Shown: positions 1 through 9,866 of the stretch, one piece after another
Numbering within the stretch: the first letter of the stretch is position 1
How the letters are laid out: each line of letters opens with the position of its first letter
IMG/VR virus record: IMGVR_UViG_2695420423_000004
Origin: a virus
Taxonomy: Duplodnaviria; Heunggongvirae; Uroviricota; Caudoviricetes
Strand: one strand, 5' to 3'
DNA length: 64,000 nucleotides
Made by a program: the position numbers and the translations under genes
The notes under the pieces: generated by a model
The model's input: the letters and a program-made list of their open reading frames with translations, nothing else
What the model was told of the DNA's origin: nothing
Database searches by the model: none

Positions 1-485
1 GCTTCTTTGAATTCCGCGTCGTCTTCAGGTGGCAATGCTGCACGGCGCATCTCCAGCATTTCCATTGCCCAGCCATCAAGCGGCACGATACGCCATTGAT
101 AAGGCACTCCCTCTACAGACACCTCAATATCGTCAATGAACGGTTCCACTTCCAGGACCTGGATATCTTCAGCCAGAGCATTCATATCGCAATCGTAATA
201 ATGCTCTTTACCGCAATGTTTACAGGTGTAGGTGAATGTCTCGACCGGTGTTTCACGGGAGCCGGTAAATATCCACCATAACGCGGTAATCCGGTCCTGC
301 GCCGTCCATGTCAGGGGATCATGTTTCGCGGGTTCAGCCAGCAAGGCTTTTAAATACGCCGTTGTCTGTTGTTCTTGTTCCTCCGGTGTTATCGAGTTGA
401 AACGCATCGCATCAGCAATATTTGGCTGACGGAACTGGATCAATTCAGTTGGCCGCGATGGTAGCGGGAAAAGAGGTAAAAGCAT
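1..485 (-). CDS. hypothetical protein, 5' portion only (gene runs off the left edge)
   Basis: Minus-strand frame open from ATG at 485..483 (AAGGAG 6 nt upstream) to the window edge, N-terminus MLLPLFPLPSRPTELIQF...; absent from the ORF track because its stop lies outside the window; hand translation. Confidence 0.45.
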   Translation of the reverse strand, partial: MLLPLFPLPSRPTELIQFRQPNIADAMRFNSITPEEQEQQTTAYLKALLAEPAKHDPLTWTAQDRITALWWIFTGSRETPVETFTYTCKHCGKEHYYDCDMNALAEDIQVLEVEPFIDDIEVSVEGVPYQWRIVPLDGWAMEMLEMRRAALPPEDDAEFKE

Positions 486-499
486 CCTTGCTCCTTAAT

Positions 500-1111
500 T
501 CAAAGAGAAAAGCTAAAGCCCAGAAGGGAAGCCAAAGAACTTGAGGATTGGTTAAACGTGCTGTGCAATGCGAAGGTCATTGGGAATGACTTAAATTCAG
601 TAACCTGATCTCGCGCATAGGTGACATCGCCGGTAGTGACCGGGAATACCGTCATCTCATTTTCCAGTTTGGTTAAGCCGGAAGACAGCAACCGATAAAT
701 ACGCACATTGAGCAAATATTTAGACGGTATATTCCCGGTACCGTCCGGATTGATTACCCGACTTTTTGCCGTCTTAAACCAGTCCAAAACGAGGCCATCA
801 ACGGTATCCCTGACCATCATTGTTATCTGCCCTGGCGAACGCTCCGTTGGTTGAAGGATATTCCCTCCGCCGATTTTAATCGTTTCATATTCGATGCTGT
901 AATCGTGGTAGGTAATATCTTTGGCAAAGAAGTCTGCCCCCTCCAGTCCATCAACTTCGACAGAGAACTGCCATCCTTGCGCGAACAGCATTTTGTTCAT
1001 GATGATTGACGTCAGCTTACCAACTTCCCGTTCACCAACGCCGGAGCCAAATAATGTCGTCGTTAATGCCGAAGATACATAAGACTTTACTGAAGCAACA
1101 TTAAACCCCAT
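500..1111 (-). CDS. hypothetical protein (P1 morphogenesis/sim-adjacent block by position)
   Basis: 203-aa ORF, tightly packed in a same-strand operon with neighbours; no recognisable motif. Confidence 0.5.
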   Translation of the reverse strand: MGFNVASVKSYVSSALTTTLFGSGVGEREVGKLTSIIMNKMLFAQGWQFSVEVDGLEGADFFAKDITYHDYSIEYETIKIGGGNILQPTERSPGQITMMVRDTVDGLVLDWFKTAKSRVINPDGTGNIPSKYLLNVRIYRLLSSGLTKLENEMTVFPVTTGDVTYARDQVTEFKSFPMTFALHSTFNQSSSSLASLLGFSFSL

Positions 1112-1121
1112 ATCAGCCCTC

Positions 1122-1712
<591 letters not shown>

Positions 1713-1746
1713 TTACCCGATTCTACGAGTAGTCATTTGTGACAGG

Positions 1747-2223
1747 TCATTTTGCGCGCTTCAGACAACCATCTTCAGGTGCCGCGTTGAAAAGCTCTGC
1801 GGCCTTACGTAGCGTAAATGTTGCTATTTTTTTTCCGTCTACGTATGCATCGAATGTTTTAACTTCCATATCAGGGGTATCTGACCAAAAACCATACCAG
1901 TAACTATCACCCACAGAGGAACCGATAGAACTGATAGGATATTCATCATCACCAACTTTCAGCGTTATTTGTTCTTTTTTAGCATCAAATGACTCACCGC
2001 CAGGTTCTGTTTTCATGAGAGTGAGTAGTCGTGTTCCTACTTGATTGGGATCCGTATTATTAAATCCAACATCGCACTCAAATGTAAGCGTATAATTATC
2101 TTTGCTGGAAACAGCATAAGAACGAACACCATGAGTCTCGCCGGTTGACCATTTGCTTACATTTGCCATTGATGAAAATGGAGTAAGCAAAGCAAGAATT
2201 AGAAAAAATCGTTTGATGCGCAT
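1747..2223 (-). CDS. secreted protein with N-terminal signal peptide (sim-region-like by position)
   Basis: 158 aa; N-terminus MRIKRFFLILALLTPFSSMA looks like a Sec signal peptide; lies upstream of immI as the sim genes do in P1. Confidence 0.5.
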   Translation of the reverse strand: MRIKRFFLILALLTPFSSMANVSKWSTGETHGVRSYAVSSKDNYTLTFECDVGFNNTDPNQVGTRLLTLMKTEPGGESFDAKKEQITLKVGDDEYPISSIGSSVGDSYWYGFWSDTPDMEVKTFDAYVDGKKIATFTLRKAAELFNAAPEDGCLKRAK

Positions 2224-2284
2224 TAATTTATCTCCTTTGGATATTAACGATTATCAATATTTTAATTGGTTATCCATAATATAT

Positions 2285-2932
2285 TTACCATTCATAGGGT
2301 AAATTAAGCGCTTTTAAACCTTGCTGAAAGGTATTAAGTGAGCCGTTCTTTTGTTGTTCCATTTGTTCGCGTGCCGCTTTCTCATACTGCTCCATCCGTT
2401 GGTTATACTCTTGCAATTCCTCTGGTGAGAGGTTTCCCATTGGGGAGTTTGTACCCGGCCCCCTGGCCCGCTCTTCAAGCGTACCCTGCACGTTTTGATG
2501 GCGCATTCCTGGGGCATTTCTGATTGAGTCAATGCCATTTCTTACAACGTCTTCTTTATTAACGGCATTGCTCGCCACCAGCACACCCCAGCTAGGAATA
2601 GCAAAATCAGGAGCGGTTTCGCATGCCTTTACCATATAATCGAAAGAGCTTCGATTGATCTCGTTTGCGTCGGGATTTAACAGGCGAGAATATTGATATT
2701 TAGCATTTTCGTTGGTTGCGACTTTATACAGTTCTTGCTGCACCATCGCTTCAGAAAGTTTAAGGCGTTTCATATCTGACAGTAACTTCTTGCGCATGGA
2801 TTCGTCTTGACTGACAGCAAAGCCGTAAACGTGCCCAAGGTATTTCGTATAATCGGTACAAATCTCCTTTACGCTTGATGCTGCATTAACAGTCCCAGCC
2901 ATAAATAATAACGGTAGTAATAGTTTTCTCAT
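2285..2932 (-). CDS. secreted protein with signal peptide (sim-region-like by position)
   Basis: Track ORF 2285..2959; internal start MRKLLLPLLFMAGTVNAAS at 2932 has a GGTGAGG ribosome-binding site and is the likely start. Confidence 0.5.
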   Translation of the reverse strand: MRKLLLPLLFMAGTVNAASSVKEICTDYTKYLGHVYGFAVSQDESMRKKLLSDMKRLKLSEAMVQQELYKVATNENAKYQYSRLLNPDANEINRSSFDYMVKACETAPDFAIPSWGVLVASNAVNKEDVVRNGIDSIRNAPGMRHQNVQGTLEERARGPGTNSPMGNLSPEELQEYNQRMEQYEKAAREQMEQQKNGSLNTFQQGLKALNLPYEW

Positions 2933-3028
2933 TATAACCTCACCTGCCTTATAACTCATTTAGGGTACATATTTTCGCCTTTAAAAAAAAGAGGTTATTA
3001 GATCCAATTGTGTATTTATTAAGCATAT

Positions 3029-3045
3029 AATGCTCTAATAAATTT
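3029..3045 (+). promoter_or_regulatory. C1 repressor operator (Op51-like) at the immI promoter
   Basis: aatgctctaataaattt matches the P1 C1 operator consensus ATTGCTCTAATAAATTT in 16 of 17 positions; overlaps a TATAAT-like -10. Confidence 0.6.
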
Positions 3046-3224
3046 GTATTTTTAAGTCGCGAATGCTATCTTTTCGCATCATATTGACCTTTTAATCGTT
3101 CAGGCTTATAGTTCCGCCGTCGTAGCAAATTCTGCGACCGGGTTTAGCAGCCTGAATGTTAGTGCGGACAACCGCAGATATCCGATATTGCGGTATTTTT
3201 GTGTCCGTAAAACCGCGTTACGCC

Positions 3225-3310
3225 CAAATTATGGTGGGGCGTGATGGGGAGGCTTCGGCCTGCTGGTTTCACTAACGCCAGTCTGCTAACCCCGTCACGT
3301 CCTGCCACCT
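3225..3310 (+). ncRNA. c4: c4-like antisense repressor RNA region (boundaries approximate)
   Basis: Sequence ctgctaacccc (about 3285-3295) is complementary to two GGTTTAGCAGC-type copies upstream (about 3141) and downstream (about 3311), the a1/a'/a2 layout expected for P1 c4; lies between Op51 and icd. Confidence 0.3.
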
Positions 3311-3359
3311 GTTTAGCAGCGGGTAGCAGGTTGTTAAACCTGTTAGTGAGGCCGTAACT

Positions 3360-3581
3360 ATGGTTAATGCCAATCCTTGCGCACGCCAAGAATTCATCTG
3401 GCGTTTCTATTCCTGTAAAAAACACCACTATCACTTCGTTATCGCAGCAACAGAAGACGAAGCACGCTCTCAATTGCCTGATGGCCCCTGCATTTTTACT
3501 GCCCGTTTTTCAACTAACTCGCGCAATTCACTTAGTTACTGGAGCCTCCCCTTCTCTGCCGACGTTCAGGGGGGTTTATGA
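3360..3581 (+). CDS. icd: Icd-like small protein (interference with cell division), overlapping the ant start
   Basis: 73-aa ORF ending 4 nt into the ant ORF; position between c4 region and ant matches P1 immI. Confidence 0.45.
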   Translation: MVNANPCARQEFIWRFYSCKKHHYHFVIAATEDEARSQLPDGPCIFTARFSTNSRNSLSYWSLPFSADVQGGL

Positions 3582-4612
3582 AAACACCTCTCGTCACCCG
3601 TAATGAAATAGCCGAAGCGATCGCCTTGCATACAATCTGTATGCCGACACGGGAGATCCCCGGCGCAATTGCCAACTATTTCATGATAACCAGGCGTTTT
3701 TATACCCGAACAGATAAGGCTGTGATCAACAGGCTACTGATAGCCGAGATCAGGGATTATTTGATTGAACAAGGACGTCTACGTTACGCAACAGTGGCAG
3801 CAGAAATGAGAAAGGAGGCACATAGAATGACCGGTAATAATTTAAATGTTGAAAAACCAGCACCTGTTGCTTCAGCTACGCCAGCACCAGCCCTGAATGT
3901 CATCCCCAACACCGGAGACACAATCGACAGCCAAACATTGTTGAAGATGGTCAATGAGGCACGGAAATTATGTAGCGAAAAACCAGTTCGCAACAATGAT
4001 TTCATTGCCAGAGTTAAGGATGAGCTTGAAGGAGAAACCTACGAAATTTTCGTAGGTCAAAAAAACGGCGCAGAAATAGATATTATAACCATGACCTACA
4101 AACAAGCCCTGCGAGTTGCCGCGCGCGAGTCAAAAGCGGTCCGCCGTTCGCTGATCGACAAACTGGAAGAATTACAGCAGGCAAACTCCCCTACCCCATC
4201 GATCCCCCAAACATTACCAGAAGCCCTACGCCTGGCTGCCGAGTTGGCAGAACAGAAAATGCATCTGGAACAACAGCTGGTGGCCGCAGCACCTAAAGTC
4301 GATTTTGCCGACCGGGTATCAGTGGCTAATGGAATCCTGATCGGTAACTTTGCAAAGGTCGTTGGACTTAAGCAAAACGCCCTTTTCTCATGGTTGCGCC
4401 AGAACGGCATTCTCATGGCTTTTGGTGCGCGCAAAAACGTACCGCGCCAGCAGTACATTAACGCCGGGTATTTCACGGTGAAAGAAGTGGTGCTGGATGA
4501 TGAAAATGGCTATCAGATACGGCTGACGCCACAATTAACGGGTAAAGGCCAGCAGTGGTTAACTCGCAAGCTACTTGATGCTGGTTTGTTAAAACCAGTA
4601 GCAATAGGTTAA
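3578..4612 (+). CDS. ant1: antirepressor Ant (C-terminal KilAC/AntA-type domain)
   Basis: 344 aa; C-terminal half is paralogous to the KilA C-terminus (PEALRLAAELAEQK...TGKGQQWL...LLDAG); immI position. Confidence 0.7.
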   Translation: MKTPLVTRNEIAEAIALHTICMPTREIPGAIANYFMITRRFYTRTDKAVINRLLIAEIRDYLIEQGRLRYATVAAEMRKEAHRMTGNNLNVEKPAPVASATPAPALNVIPNTGDTIDSQTLLKMVNEARKLCSEKPVRNNDFIARVKDELEGETYEIFVGQKNGAEIDIITMTYKQALRVAARESKAVRRSLIDKLEELQQANSPTPSIPQTLPEALRLAAELAEQKMHLEQQLVAAAPKVDFADRVSVANGILIGNFAKVVGLKQNALFSWLRQNGILMAFGARKNVPRQQYINAGYFTVKEVVLDDENGYQIRLTPQLTGKGQQWLTRKLLDAGLLKPVAIG

Positions 4613-4624
4613 CAAAAGAAAAAA

Positions 4625-4650
4625 ACCTGCCAGCAAACTGGCAGGTTTCT
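4625..4650 (+). terminator. intrinsic terminator after ant
   Basis: acctgccag-caaa-ctggcaggt hairpin followed by TTCT. Confidence 0.55.
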
Positions 4651-4690
4651 GAGCAGATCGTCCAACCCGATCTGGATCGAGTCAGAAAAA

Positions 4691-4707
4691 TTTGCTCTAA
4701 TAAATTT
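4691..4707 (+). promoter_or_regulatory. C1 operator (Op53-like) controlling kilA-repL
   Basis: tttgctctaataaattt, 16 of 17 match to the C1 operator consensus, 70 bp upstream of kilA. Confidence 0.65.
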
Positions 4708-4776
4708 CGTTTTCTAAGTGCAAAGAATCACCATTTCGAGCTGGTGATTGAAGGTTGATGCAAATTTGGAGAAAAA

Positions 4777-5577
4777 ATGCAACAAACATTCAATGCGGAT
4801 ATGAATATATCAAACCTTCATCAAAATGTCGATCCTTCAACCACTCTGCCCGTTATTTGTGGTGTTGAAATTACGACCGACCGCGCTGGCCGTTACAACC
4901 TTAATGCTCTACACAGAGCGAGCGGACTCGGTGCCCATAAAGCGCCAGCTCAATGGCTAAGAACGCTGTCAGCCAAACAGCTCATCGAAGAGCTTGAAAA
5001 AGAAACTATGCAGAATTGCATAGTTTCGTTCGAAGGCCGTGGCGGCGGCACTTTTGCCCATGAATTGCTCGCAGTGGAGTACGCAGGCTGGATTTCTCCC
5101 GCGTTTCGGCTGAAGGTAAACCAGACATTTATCGACTATCGAGCCGGAAGATTACAACCTGCTATTCCGAAGAGCCTCCCAGAAGCTCTCCGTTTGGCTG
5201 CTGACCTGGCAGAGCAAAAGCAACGGCTGGAGCAAAAAATGCTGATGGATGCACCTAAAGTCGAATTCGCCGAACGCGTTGCTACCGCCAGCGGGGTTCT
5301 AATCGGCAACTATGCCAAAGTGCTCGGCCTGGGCCAAAACTATCTCTTCACCTGGTTGCGTGATAACGGAATTCTGATCGCAACCGGTGAACGCAGGAAC
5401 GTCCCCAAACAAGAATACATATCCCGTGGGTATTTCACCCTTAAAGAAACCGTGATCGATACAAGCAATGGAAGCAGGATTTCTTTCACGACTCGTATAA
5501 CCGGCAAAGGTCAGCAGTGGCTGATGAAGCGATTGCTTGATGCTGGTGTGCTGGTACCTGTCGCGGCAACGCGCTAA
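4777..5577 (+). CDS. kilA: KilA (KilA-N DNA-binding domain plus KilAC domain)
   Basis: 266 aa, same size as P1 KilA; precedes repL; C-terminus paralogous to Ant. Confidence 0.8.
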   Translation: MQQTFNADMNISNLHQNVDPSTTLPVICGVEITTDRAGRYNLNALHRASGLGAHKAPAQWLRTLSAKQLIEELEKETMQNCIVSFEGRGGGTFAHELLAVEYAGWISPAFRLKVNQTFIDYRAGRLQPAIPKSLPEALRLAADLAEQKQRLEQKMLMDAPKVEFAERVATASGVLIGNYAKVLGLGQNYLFTWLRDNGILIATGERRNVPKQEYISRGYFTLKETVIDTSNGSRISFTTRITGKGQQWLMKRLLDAGVLVPVAATR

Positions 5578-5606
5578 CAGACGTAGTAAGAACCACCAGC
5601 ATTGTA

Positions 5607-6452
5607 ATGCTGGCTAAAGTCACTTTCCTGAGCTGTATAACGATGAGCGATTTTACTTTTTCTGGCTATGAATTGGCCTTCTTTGTAACACACTCCGGTC
5701 TATCCCGTAGCGCCGGGCATATCCTGTCGCAATGTGCAAATCTCGCGGCAACAACCAGTGAATACTTCATTCACAAGCCCCACCGCCTGATCGCGGCAGA
5801 AACTGGTTATAGCCAATCAACCGTCGTTCGTGCATTCCGTGAAGCTGTAAACAAAGGAATTCTATCTGTAGAGATTGTTATCGGCGATCACCGTGAACGT
5901 CGCGCTAACCTGTACCGGTTTACACCATCCTTTTTGGCCTTCGCACAACAAGCCAAAAATGCGCTGATTGAAAGCAAATTAAAGATCTCTTCAGCGGCAA
6001 CCAAGGTTAAAGCTGTTCTCGCTAAGACATTGGCTTTATTTAATTTTTTATCCACACCCCCATGTCAAAATGATACCCCCTCCCCCTGTCAGGATGACGT
6101 GGCAATAAAGAATAAGAAGTCACAAGTTAAAAAAACAAAAAGATCAGTTTCCGGCGGTGCCGGAACGACCAGACTCAAAAAATTGACTTCATGGATCGCT
6201 GAGGCAAAAGCAAAGGCTGACAATCTGCGGTTATCCAAAAAACGCGCTCAAAAACATGAGTTCAAGCAGAAAGTAGAGGCGGCAGCGCGGAAATATGCTT
6301 ACCTGAAGGACAAGCGTTCTCCTGATATTGGCGGGATATCAAACTTCGATAATCTGCCGCATTGCATGACGGTAAACGAAGCTCTTAATGCGGTTTTAGC
6401 CAAAAATAAAGATAACGAAAAATGGGGTATACCGGCAGGATTCAGGGGATGA
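5607..6452 (+). CDS. repL: RepL lytic replication initiator (oriL expected inside)
   Basis: 281 aa, same size as P1 RepL; directly downstream of kilA under the Op53-like operator. Confidence 0.8.
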   Translation: MLAKVTFLSCITMSDFTFSGYELAFFVTHSGLSRSAGHILSQCANLAATTSEYFIHKPHRLIAAETGYSQSTVVRAFREAVNKGILSVEIVIGDHRERRANLYRFTPSFLAFAQQAKNALIESKLKISSAATKVKAVLAKTLALFNFLSTPPCQNDTPSPCQDDVAIKNKKSQVKKTKRSVSGGAGTTRLKKLTSWIAEAKAKADNLRLSKKRAQKHEFKQKVEAAARKYAYLKDKRSPDIGGISNFDNLPHCMTVNEALNAVLAKNKDNEKWGIPAGFRG

Positions 6453-6502
6453 TAGATTGCTCTAATCTGGAGTCACCTGGCGTTTTCAGTTTGAGGTCGG
6501 AG

Positions 6503-6769
6503 ATGCAATCTGATTTTTTACAGTTAGCGATCGCTTTTGCAGGATATGTTTGTATTGGCTTCTGTGTATACATGATCAGCCGAAAAATGCTTGTCGATAT
6601 CGACCGCAAAGAACGAGCAGAGGAGATCTTAGTATGGATTTTCTTTGGCGCGGTCTGGCCATTAGGGATCATGTTTGCTGCAACATTTCTTCGATGTGGA
6701 TATTCACCCTTCCAGGTGATTTCTATAGAAAAAAAGCCAGACATTGATACAATCGTTGCGGGTGCTTGA
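6503..6769 (+). CDS. small membrane protein (hypothetical)
   Basis: Track ORF 6422..6769; internal ATG at 6503 has a GGAG upstream; two hydrophobic segments. Confidence 0.3.
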   Translation: MQSDFLQLAIAFAGYVCIGFCVYMISRKMLVDIDRKERAEEILVWIFFGAVWPLGIMFAATFLRCGYSPFQVISIEKKPDIDTIVAGA

Positions 6770-6870
6770 GGCTATCTGCTTCAGGCATGACCCGAAAAGC
6801 AGATAGAAGAAAGCCCCAGATAACATTACGCGTCCTGCAAGACGCTTAACATTAATCTGAGGCCATATCT

Positions 6871-7077
6871 ATGCTTAGCATACGTAGATTAGCCTCTTAC
6901 CGACCAAAAGGTCAAGGAGAAGCAGGCTATGAAGCAGCAAAAAGCGATGTTAATCGCTCTGATCGTCATCTGTTTAACCGTCATTGTGACGGCACTGGTA
7001 ACGAGGAAAGACCTCTGCGAGGTACGAATCCGAACCGGCCAGACGGAGGTCACTGTCTTCACAGCCTACGAATCTGA
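6871..7077 (+). CDS. mok-like overlapping reading frame of the hok locus
   Basis: 68-aa ORF overlapping the hok frame in a different phase, as mok does in hok/sok loci. Confidence 0.35.
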   Translation: MLSIRRLASYRPKGQGEAGYEAAKSDVNRSDRHLFNRHCDGTGNEERPLRGTNPNRPDGGHCLHSLRI

Positions 7078-7084
7078 AAGGTAA
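6929..7084 (+). CDS. hok: Hok/Gef-family type I toxin (51 aa)
   Basis: Hand translation MKQQKAMLIALIVICLTVIVTALVTRKDLCEVRIRTGQTEVTVFTAYESER is near-identical to the Hok/Gef family (too short for the ORF track); a cggggag-tga-tccccg hairpin follows at 7094-7109. Confidence 0.75.
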   Translation: MKQQKAMLIALIVICLTVIVTALVTRKDLCEVRIRTGQTEVTVFTAYESER

Positions 7085-7384
7085 GAGACCTGGCGGGGAG
7101 TGATCCCCGTCACTCTTCGTGTGTCTGGTAACCTCAATGCACCCTTTTCTCCCCAATAGTGTAAAACACAATGAAGTAGAAGGAGTTATTTCACATCATG
7201 CAAAGATTCAGACCATATCTCCCAATAGCCTTCGCGACATGATGACTTTCAGAAATATCTAGCTGTTAACAAAATTCCATACTTGCTTTGCTAATACCAC
7301 CTAGATTATATATGGAAAAATACACCTAAAACTTAAACAAATTATATCCACAACAAACATCCATCTATTAGGATTAAAATTAAT

Positions 7385-7431
7385 TTAATAATAAATAATA
7401 CAACACCGGTTCATTTTCTAACAAACCGGTG
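7385..7431 (-). terminator. intrinsic terminator downstream of the MazG-like gene
   Basis: caccggt...accggtg hairpin (7404-7431) followed on the minus strand by a T-rich run. Confidence 0.4.
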
Positions 7432-7438
7432 GGCACCA

Positions 7439-8431
7439 TTATTGGAATAACTTACTGATTACATTAAAAACATTAAGGGCGTTACTTGCCACACTAGACA
7501 TCTTGGCTGAATTTTTTTCGATTGAGTCAAGAACACTTTCGACTTCCGATAAAGTTCTTCTGCTATCTGCATCTTTTCCTGAGTCTATCGCATCTTTAAT
7601 TGCAGATATAGCAGACTCTAAATTCTCCTTAAACTCACCTGTCGTCTCATCCTTCAAGAGAAGTTCTAACTCTTGTTTAAGTTTTTCCAATGATGCTCTT
7701 TTCTCATCAGTTTTACTAATCTTCCCTGAATAACTGACACAAACACATTCTCTTTTATTGCAGACAGGACAACCATTTAGATAATAACTTTCAAACGCCT
7801 CGCCAAGATCATCATCTTTAAAAATAATCCCCCATAAAGAAAACAACCAAGCATATATATCAGCACACTCTTCATGAAGATTTTCTTTGTTGTAATTTTT
7901 ATCTTCAATTGATTTAGCATAAGCCTCTTGCAACTCACCCAACTCTTCGAATAACCTGGATGAATGATAAAACCCACCAAAAGTAGACCAAATGGTTCTA
8001 TTCGACGGATAGATGTCATTAATCATTCGTGGCGCATAAGGCGGAAATTGCATAGGTTTAATAGCGTTATATTTATTGAAAAGCTCATCTTTAATTCCTT
8101 TTGCGCTTCTTATTTTCTCTGGCTTTCTGTGTGTTTGAGAACAGGAACAAGGCGCCCCTAAGCAATAAGGACAGCAACTAGGAAATTTTTTATAAAATGC
8201 TTCCTGTGGTTGTATTTCAAGTTTATCACAGATTGCAAAAAGCCAAGACAATGCTTCTATATAGGTATTTTTTAATAATTCTTTATCCTGATTACCATCA
8301 CGAATAAACTCACGTGTTAAATAAGCTGTTTTCCTTGTCAGATAAGAGTACATATACTCAAATGATTTTTCTTCATTTTTTTTGCTGTAAATACCTACAA
8401 TAATATTGCTCATATCATTGATACGTAACAT
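7439..8431 (-). CDS. MazG-like nucleotide pyrophosphohydrolase domain protein with Cys-rich clusters
   Basis: Track ORF 7439..8509 starts at GTG; ATG at 8431 (MLRIND...) has an AAGAGGA site. Motif EELGELQEAYAKS...LHEECADIYAWLFSL is MazG-like; CCPYCLGAPCSCS and CPVCNKRECVCV clusters; AT-rich. Confidence 0.6.
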   Translation of the reverse strand: MLRINDMSNIIVGIYSKKNEEKSFEYMYSYLTRKTAYLTREFIRDGNQDKELLKNTYIEALSWLFAICDKLEIQPQEAFYKKFPSCCPYCLGAPCSCSQTHRKPEKIRSAKGIKDELFNKYNAIKPMQFPPYAPRMINDIYPSNRTIWSTFGGFYHSSRLFEELGELQEAYAKSIEDKNYNKENLHEECADIYAWLFSLWGIIFKDDDLGEAFESYYLNGCPVCNKRECVCVSYSGKISKTDEKRASLEKLKQELELLLKDETTGEFKENLESAISAIKDAIDSGKDADSRRTLSEVESVLDSIEKNSAKMSSVASNALNVFNVISKLFQ

Positions 8432-8728
8432 GACATTCCTCTTAAATAAGCCAATACTTCCTAGAACCATATATGCTTCGACAAAGATTAACGGACATCT
8501 TGCCTTCACAAACTTTGACGCTACATAAATTTAACCATGTGCATACTAAATATTTAAGGTAGAAAAGTATAGGAGTATTTATTAATAGGTAACTGTTAGT
8601 TTACACTCACTTCATACCAGAGTATTTACAAGATGTTATTTTACTCTATTCGCTAGGCGGTGGAATGCGGTTGTATCAAGGGGAGGTAAACCTCCCCCGA
8701 AGAAGATTAAAAGTACAAGGGATAACAC

Positions 8729-9238
8729 TTAATCCCACTCAATCCAGTTGTAGACGATACGAAGTGACGGGCGCACAGCGGCAGTCACATCTTCGGTACT
8801 AAAGTCGATTGCATCACTGTAGATTTTGCAGTCCAACATTTCAATTGTTGTAGCAGCTTTTGTCACAGCGTTAACCCCGGAAGATTTGGATTCAGGGGTA
8901 GCAGCCATCGTGATATCAACATAGTCCTTCGCCGCAATGCGATCTTTAATGAACTGAAGAATATCGCCTTCGATAGTCTCCACGCACTGGACCTGGATTT
9001 CCCCAGAGTTTCGAATTGGACCGTGCTGGTTGAACTTCACACCATTCGGACCATAGTCCTCCACATCCTCGCGGGTCATTTCAGGAATTTGCGACGTGCG
9101 AACCAGTACGCTGATATCTTCATGGCCTGCAAAAGTGAGCTGGAATTCAGAAGATACCAGTCGTTCGCCTTTGGCCGCGTTGGCAGTATAGCGGCCCTTA
9201 ATAAATTTACGGTTTCCCTTAGTGTTATTGTGCCCCAT
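8729..9238 (-). CDS. hypothetical virion protein
   Basis: 169-aa ORF in the operon upstream of the sheath gene. Confidence 0.45.
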   Translation of the reverse strand: MGHNNTKGNRKFIKGRYTANAAKGERLVSSEFQLTFAGHEDISVLVRTSQIPEMTREDVEDYGPNGVKFNQHGPIRNSGEIQVQCVETIEGDILQFIKDRIAAKDYVDITMAATPESKSSGVNAVTKAATTIEMLDCKIYSDAIDFSTEDVTAAVRPSLRIVYNWIEWD

Positions 9239-9249
9239 ATAAAATCCTT

Positions 9250-9831
9250 TTACTGGAACGCCCGAACAATATCGGAGCTGTTATATATCGAAGAACCGGT
9301 CAACTGGAGGTTGACGGTGTTTTTCAGGAAATGCCCATTGCTGTCCCTGGGTGCATCGAGATCGAAACTTATGTCCTGGATAGCGACATCAATGATGTTG
9401 ATCCGGCGACCAATGTTTAGCGTCACACGCTCCGGGATTCGACCGCCAATACTGGCATCTTTAAGTTCCGGGCTAATCATCGCTGACAATGCGGCGATAG
9501 CTCCTGAAACCTCCGTGAATGGGTCAAACAAAGCGATGAAAGTTACTGGCAGCGTGAAAGTCGGCGGTGTTCCCCCCTCCCAAACCATTAAGCTGTTCCA
9601 ACGGGCCACCGACGTTGTTTCAGTACCAACCTGCGCAAAACCACTGAAAGCACCAGCAACAGACCCCATGGACATACCGGTAAACGGCGCTTCCCAATTC
9701 TGGGCCATGTTCATTGCTGCCCCCTGGCTGATATATCCGGTAACCTGGTACTGAGAGTTCGTTAAAGTAACTTTCAGAAATGGCGATACACCATCAGCCT
9801 GGCTGTAAACCCCATAAGGTATAGGTGCCAT
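9250..9831 (-). CDS. hypothetical virion protein
   Basis: 193-aa ORF, same operon. Confidence 0.45.
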   Translation of the reverse strand: MAPIPYGVYSQADGVSPFLKVTLTNSQYQVTGYISQGAAMNMAQNWEAPFTGMSMGSVAGAFSGFAQVGTETTSVARWNSLMVWEGGTPPTFTLPVTFIALFDPFTEVSGAIAALSAMISPELKDASIGGRIPERVTLNIGRRINIIDVAIQDISFDLDAPRDSNGHFLKNTVNLQLTGSSIYNSSDIVRAFQ

Positions 9832-9866
9832 TCAAGTTAAAGGCCGGAGTTCTCCGGCCTCCTCCT

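Noticed and set aside
3784-4476. Minus-strand ORFs inside ant
   Set aside because: Embedded antisense to ant with Ala/Ser/Cys-rich low-complexity translations.
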